Source: Setoptus koraiensis
Taxonomy: Eukaryota; Animalia; Arthropoda
Assembly: GCA_048013815.1 (NCBI GenBank)
Contig: CM106585.1
Coordinates: 22,010,001-22,074,000 of the forward strand
Length of the DNA: 64,000 nucleotides
Direction of reading: 5' to 3'
Shown here: in pieces, positions 63,849-64,000 of the stretch
Position numbering within the stretch: the first letter of the stretch is position 1
Layout: every line of letters starts with the position of its first letter
Translations under genes and position numbers: made by a program
The notes under the pieces: model-generated
The model's database searches: none
Told to the model about the DNA's origin: nothing
Seen by the model: the letters and a program-made list of their open reading frames with translations, nothing else

Positions 63849-64000
63849 GCAGAGGAAAACATGGAGCACGCTCTGTTCAAGGAGATAGACCGTTGTATAG
63901 AAACTCTGGGTTCGTCTAGGCTTCTAAATAAATTGAAGCAGACATTTGTCAACAAGCAATATTATGAAGCCCATCAAATATTCAAAACTATGTTCTTTCG
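63849..64000 (+). CDS. GET4: Golgi to ER traffic protein 4 (GET4/TRC35), 5' part; gene runs off the right end
   Basis: The frame after the acceptor ttttctag| reads AEENMEHALFKEIDRCIETLGSSRLLNKLKQTFVNKQYYEAHQIFKTMFFR. YYEAHQ..(K/R)T.FFR is the GET4 N-terminal signature. ATG at 63861. Confidence 0.85.

Overview
Eukaryotic genomic DNA from a compact, intron-poor arthropod genome. An acariform (eriophyoid-type) mite is plausible but is inference only. The window has three parts. (1) 1-~8190 is gene-poor and microsatellite-rich, with one Asn/His-rich coding exon that probably runs off the left end. (2) ~8190-41841 is a 33-kb aperiodic, compositionally degenerate tract: G/T-rich lead-in, then ~32 kb almost lacking T on the + strand, then 1.2 kb of nearly pure C/T. 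It is most likely an unpolished low-quality long-read segment, and all ORF-track calls inside it are rejected. (3) 41842-64000 is real, gene-dense sequence: TIMM29, a three-HMG-box TFAM-like gene, a group XV phospholipase A2/LCAT, an orphan secreted Gln/Gly/Pro-rich protein, cGMP-dependent protein kinase (foraging-type), capping protein alpha, an orphan ORF and the start of GET4. No CRISPR array, rRNA, tRNA or recognisable transposon was found, and I cannot support a novel multi-gene system here. The best leads are the degenerate tract (if real), a spliced N-terminal extension of GET4, a cpa start codon that may be split by an intron, the three-box TFAM-like protein, the orphan secreted protein and a duplicated palindromic GC island upstream of PKG.
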